Shown here: positions 60,496 through 64,000 of the stretch, in pieces
Numbering within the stretch: the stretch's first letter is position 1
Layout: each line of letters starts with the position of its first letter
Source: a bacterium
GTDB taxonomy: Bacteria; Zhuqueibacterota; Zhuqueibacteria; Residuimicrobiales; Krinioviventaceae
Direction: 5' to 3'
NCBI GenBank assembly: GCA_963674595.2
Contig: CAXXFV010000036.1
Location: 1 to 64,000 of the forward strand
Length of the DNA: 64,000 nucleotides
The notes under the pieces: model-generated
What the model was told of the DNA's origin: nothing
Database searches by the model: none
The model's input: the letters and a program-made list of their open reading frames with translations, nothing else
Translations under genes and position numbers: made by a program

Positions 60496-61143
60496 ATGAA
60501 AGCTGTTGTGGTTGTTGCTCACCCTGATGATGAAGTTTTGTGGTGCGGTGGATTTGTGTTATTAAATCCCGAATTTGAATGGACTATTATCGGACTTTCA
60601 CGGGCATCAGATCCTGACCGCCGACCCAGATTTTTCAACGTACTTTTAAAACTGAACGCCAAAGGTGCTCTTGGTGACCTTGATGACGGTCCTGATCAGG
60701 TCCCGCTCATGCCCATGTTGGTGGACCAGACAATACTGGAGCTATGTTCAGATAAAATATTTGATCTTGTTATAACACACAGTCCTTTTGGTGAATATAC
60801 CTATCACCGACGCCACATAGAAGTTTCCCAATCCGTAATTCGATTGGTCCAGCATGGATTTTTAAAAACCAACGAATTGTGGTTTTTCGCTTATTCTGAT
60901 AATGAAAAAAGTCATTTACCCCAACCTATTGTCACGGCCGATTTAAAAATTCCACTTCCAAATAACATATGGCAGCAAAAGTATAACCTTATTACTCAGG
61001 ATTACGGATTTGGCCCCTCAACTTTTGAAGCTATGACGACTCCCAAAACAGAATCTTTTTGGTCATTTAATACTGATAAAGATAAAACAATTCATTTGGC
61101 TAAAATTGAGGAAAAAATTAATGAAAGTATTGGTGCTGTATGA
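60496..61143 (+). CDS. PIG-L/LmbE-family deacetylase
   Basis: VAHPDDE and TH...GEY..H..H motifs. Confidence 0.85.
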   Translation: MKAVVVVAHPDDEVLWCGGFVLLNPEFEWTIIGLSRASDPDRRPRFFNVLLKLNAKGALGDLDDGPDQVPLMPMLVDQTILELCSDKIFDLVITHSPFGEYTYHRRHIEVSQSVIRLVQHGFLKTNELWFFAYSDNEKSHLPQPIVTADLKIPLPNNIWQQKYNLITQDYGFGPSTFEAMTTPKTESFWSFNTDKDKTIHLAKIEEKINESIGAV

Positions 61144-62263
61144 TTATCCCCCGTCACCGGGCGGATTGGCGACCCAGGGTGATTTGTTATATCGAGGTTT
61201 AAAGGAGATGGGTGTTGAGACTTTTGCTGTCAACTTTGAATCTGCACAGGAAAAGGAATGGTATTATCGCTGGTTTCAGCCTGACGTTGTTGTTGGTGTC
61301 GGATATTGGGGCCATTCTCCGCATATTGTTTTACATCCGTTACGATACGGGGTACAGCCGGTACCCTGGTTGGTCGCAGACGGGTATCTTGCCAACTATC
61401 GTGAGATTCTAGATGATTTGCCGTTAATATTGGTTACTTCCAATTGGGTAAAGGATGTGTATATCCGGGATGGGCTGAACGGTGAGAATATCAGTGTGTT
61501 GCCTGTCGGATGTGACACAGATACATTTATTCCCCGAGAAAAAAATGATCCGAAAATAGTGGCAGTACGTGAGGCTCTGGGGGTTTCGCCTGATGATTTA
61601 ATGATCTTAACAATCGGTGGTGACGCTTCATCCAAGGGAGCACAGGAGGTCATGCAGGCCATGTCGATTATCGATGCCAAAGTACCGGACTGGAAATATG
61701 TCTGCAAAGTATGGCCTCAGCCACGGACTGAACAACAAAACCTTTTGGATTTGCAACTGGCTACGCAACTGGGAATTGAAAAAAAAGTTATTTATACAAC
61801 AAATATCATCAGCAGGAATTTTATGCCTTATTTGATTGCCGCCTGCGATGTCTATGCCGCTCCTTCACGTCTTGAGGGATTTGGGATGATTCAGGTGGAG
61901 GCCAATGCCTGTGAAAAACCGGTCCTTGGAATAAACGCCATGGGATTGCTGGATACCATGATACATGGTGAAACCGCTTATCTTGCCAATGTTGCAACAG
62001 AAATTGTGGTTCGGGAAGTCACTGTCGGCAAGGAATCCGGATATGAAGACGGCCATCATGTTGTTTTTAAGGAACCACGGACTGTTGATTACCGGGCCAG
62101 CGTTCATGATATAGCAAATTATATGGTTGATCTGTTACAAAGTAAAGAACAACGGCAGCAGTTAGGTAAGGCGGGTCGCATAAACGCTGTTAAAAATTTT
62201 GACTATCGTGTTGTTGCCAAATCATTCGTTAAAATTGTTCAGGAAAAATTAGGAATTAATTAA
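61121..62263 (+). CDS. Glycosyltransferase family 4
   Basis: G.DT..F, SKG, PSRLEGFGMIQVEANAC.KPV motifs. ATG at 61121. Confidence 0.9.
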   Translation: MKVLVLYDYPPSPGGLATQGDLLYRGLKEMGVETFAVNFESAQEKEWYYRWFQPDVVVGVGYWGHSPHIVLHPLRYGVQPVPWLVADGYLANYREILDDLPLILVTSNWVKDVYIRDGLNGENISVLPVGCDTDTFIPREKNDPKIVAVREALGVSPDDLMILTIGGDASSKGAQEVMQAMSIIDAKVPDWKYVCKVWPQPRTEQQNLLDLQLATQLGIEKKVIYTTNIISRNFMPYLIAACDVYAAPSRLEGFGMIQVEANACEKPVLGINAMGLLDTMIHGETAYLANVATEIVVREVTVGKESGYEDGHHVVFKEPRTVDYRASVHDIANYMVDLLQSKEQRQQLGKAGRINAVKNFDYRVVAKSFVKIVQEKLGIN

Positions 62264-63435
62264 TGAATTCAGAACAGATAGATTTTATTCAACAAGCGAA
62301 AAAAGAGGCCCTTGAGGTTTTATTACATAACCTGCATGGGCCTTTTAAAGGATTACCCCGTACGGCAGGGTGGGGGTATCCTGAGGCCTATACAAGAGAC
62401 ATGATGATTTCCCTGCTTGGTGTTCTGGTGAGTGGAAATGAAAAACTTATTCAGTGTTACGGTCGTGTGTTAGAGTATCTGGCTAAGAATACAAGTCCGT
62501 TGGGGCATATTCCATCCCTGGCTCACGATTCCCTGGACCGGGGAGCAAGTGATACAACACCTTTGTTTTTATTAGGAACAGCAATTTATCGAACCGTTAC
62601 GAAACAGCATGATTTCCTTGAGGAAGCCGTACAAAAAGTGATAAAGTGGATGGAATATCAGAGTCCTGATGATAATGTTCTTGTCGGGCAGTTGCCCACA
62701 AGCGATTGGCGTGATGAACAATGGGTCATAGGATATGGATTATATGTAAATACATTAACCTATGCTTATCTGAAATTGCTGGGTTTTAATGACAGAGCGC
62801 TTGATTTGAAAAATATGATCAGTAAATTTACAATTACTGAAGAAAGACAGCACAAGCACGTTCATGAGGGTCTTGTTGTTAAACACAAACCCTACTATGC
62901 CATGTGGGCCTATAAAGTTTATCAGAGTGAAAGGTTTGATTTGTTGGGAAACAGTCTGGCTATTTTAACGGGTATTGCTTCGCAAAATCGGGCCGAATCG
63001 ATGATTAAATGGATTGAAGACGAATGTTCTGCGTTAAAAGATAAAGGTGAGCTGGCTGTTGATTTGCCCCCTAATTTTTTCCCTTATATCAAAACGGGTG
63101 ATCCGGACTGGAGACGACGTTATGATCTTTATAACAGACCGGGTGAATATCACAACGGGGGAATTTGGCCGTTTGTATGTGGATTCTATATAGCCGCTAT
63201 TGTCGCTGCCGGGAAAAAGCATTTAGCCTGGCAAAAATTGTATAATTTGGCAAAATTATGTCAGTTAAAGTGCAGAGAAGATATTGAATTTGGGTTTAAT
63301 GAATGGATAAAAGCCCAGGATGGCAAACCTTATGGAAATGATTATCAAACCTGGTCCGCCGCCATGTATTTATATGCCTGTCATTGTGTTGAAAATAATG
63401 ATACTGTTTTTTTTAAACAGATGAGGGATAGTTGA
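62263..63435 (+). CDS. (alpha/alpha)6 glycoside hydrolase, GH100 invertase / amylo-alpha-1,6-glucosidase-like
   Basis: YTRD, SDW.D, RFDLLGN, YHNGGIWP, FNEW and QTWSAA motifs. Confidence 0.8.
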   Translation: MNSEQIDFIQQAKKEALEVLLHNLHGPFKGLPRTAGWGYPEAYTRDMMISLLGVLVSGNEKLIQCYGRVLEYLAKNTSPLGHIPSLAHDSLDRGASDTTPLFLLGTAIYRTVTKQHDFLEEAVQKVIKWMEYQSPDDNVLVGQLPTSDWRDEQWVIGYGLYVNTLTYAYLKLLGFNDRALDLKNMISKFTITEERQHKHVHEGLVVKHKPYYAMWAYKVYQSERFDLLGNSLAILTGIASQNRAESMIKWIEDECSALKDKGELAVDLPPNFFPYIKTGDPDWRRRYDLYNRPGEYHNGGIWPFVCGFYIAAIVAAGKKHLAWQKLYNLAKLCQLKCREDIEFGFNEWIKAQDGKPYGNDYQTWSAAMYLYACHCVENNDTVFFKQMRDS

Positions 63436-63744
63436 TTTTTCTAGTTATGCAAAGGTGAGATTTTTCACTTTATTAAAAATTATATTAAGCACCTGGAATA
63501 TATAATTGTTTTGCTATGTTATCCTGTCTAAAGTCAAAAGATATGAATTTAATTCAGTTTTTGATAATGAGAATATTGTTGAAGAGACATTGTATATCTT
63601 TTGTTAATAAATGTTGACAACGCTTTTTTTTAATACATAATATTTATATAATCAACTCTAAAACTAATCCTGCAAAAACACCTCGCTTTATAAAACTAAA
63701 TATCTGCAACACTAATCCTGAATATGAAAAAAACGGTATGTTGA

Positions 63745-64000
63745 ATGGAAACAATCACTGATGTATTGACGACAAATGAAATTTCCAAACATTTACTTGA
63801 TTCCATTCCTGCCGGAATAATGTTGATCGACGAAATGAATACGGTCCGGTATGCAAATCACCGGCTTGCCGGGATTTTTAATATTTCCGGTGATCATAAT
63901 CTGGAAAAAAGAGTTAATGATTTTATTAAATGTTTAAATTTTTCCGGCGGTTTTAATAAATGTGATAAAACGCATAATTGCCAGGTTTGTAGTCTGCTAA
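63745..64000 (+). CDS. 3'-truncated PAS-domain protein with a Cys cluster
   Basis: METITDVLTTNEISKHLLDSIPAGIMLIDEMNTVRYAN...KCLNFSGGFNKCDKTHNCQVCS, open to the window end. Confidence 0.7.
   Translation, partial: METITDVLTTNEISKHLLDSIPAGIMLIDEMNTVRYANHRLAGIFNISGDHNLEKRVNDFIKCLNFSGGFNKCDKTHNCQVCSLL

Overview
AT-rich bacterial chromosomal window with no CRISPR array, rRNA, integrase or transposase that I could see. A secreted protein with LPVELSSF and YPNPFNP/FlgD-Ig tail motifs suggests an FCB-associated lineage such as KSB1, Calditrichota or Marinisomatota (inference). Contents in order: (1) a DNA-damage neighbourhood with dinB, lexA flanked by two GT(A/G)AAC-N4-GTTTA(C/A) boxes, two small lexA-operon proteins (one ending in a QADLF clamp motif), a degenerate GIY-YIG-like ORF, tRNA-Ala(GGC) and a stand-alone dnaE2; (2) envelope and housekeeping genes (heparinase II/III, ttcA, GT4, M23, rhomboid, add, tdh, RRM protein); (3) a DtxR-FeoA-FeoB-TonB receptor metal-uptake operon; (4) a decaying cassette of a free-standing PEP-CTERM-like micro-protein, an alkaline-phosphatase/TPR enzyme, a sulfotransferase and a secreted protein; (5) a Cthe_2159-like lipoprotein followed by a DUF4956 / HlyD-propeller fusion / TolC / VTC polyphosphate-polymerase-domain operon that lacks any ABC or RND pump; (6) a Kelch/DUF4270/outer-membrane-barrel cassette; (7) glycan-degradation genes, a MarR-methyltransferase pair and a PIG-L/GT4/GH100-like operon. 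Several homopolymer frameshifts suggest assembly errors. The best candidates for undescribed systems are (5), (4) and the lexA-operon clamp-binding micro-protein. Family assignments come from motif recognition by eye; no searches were run.
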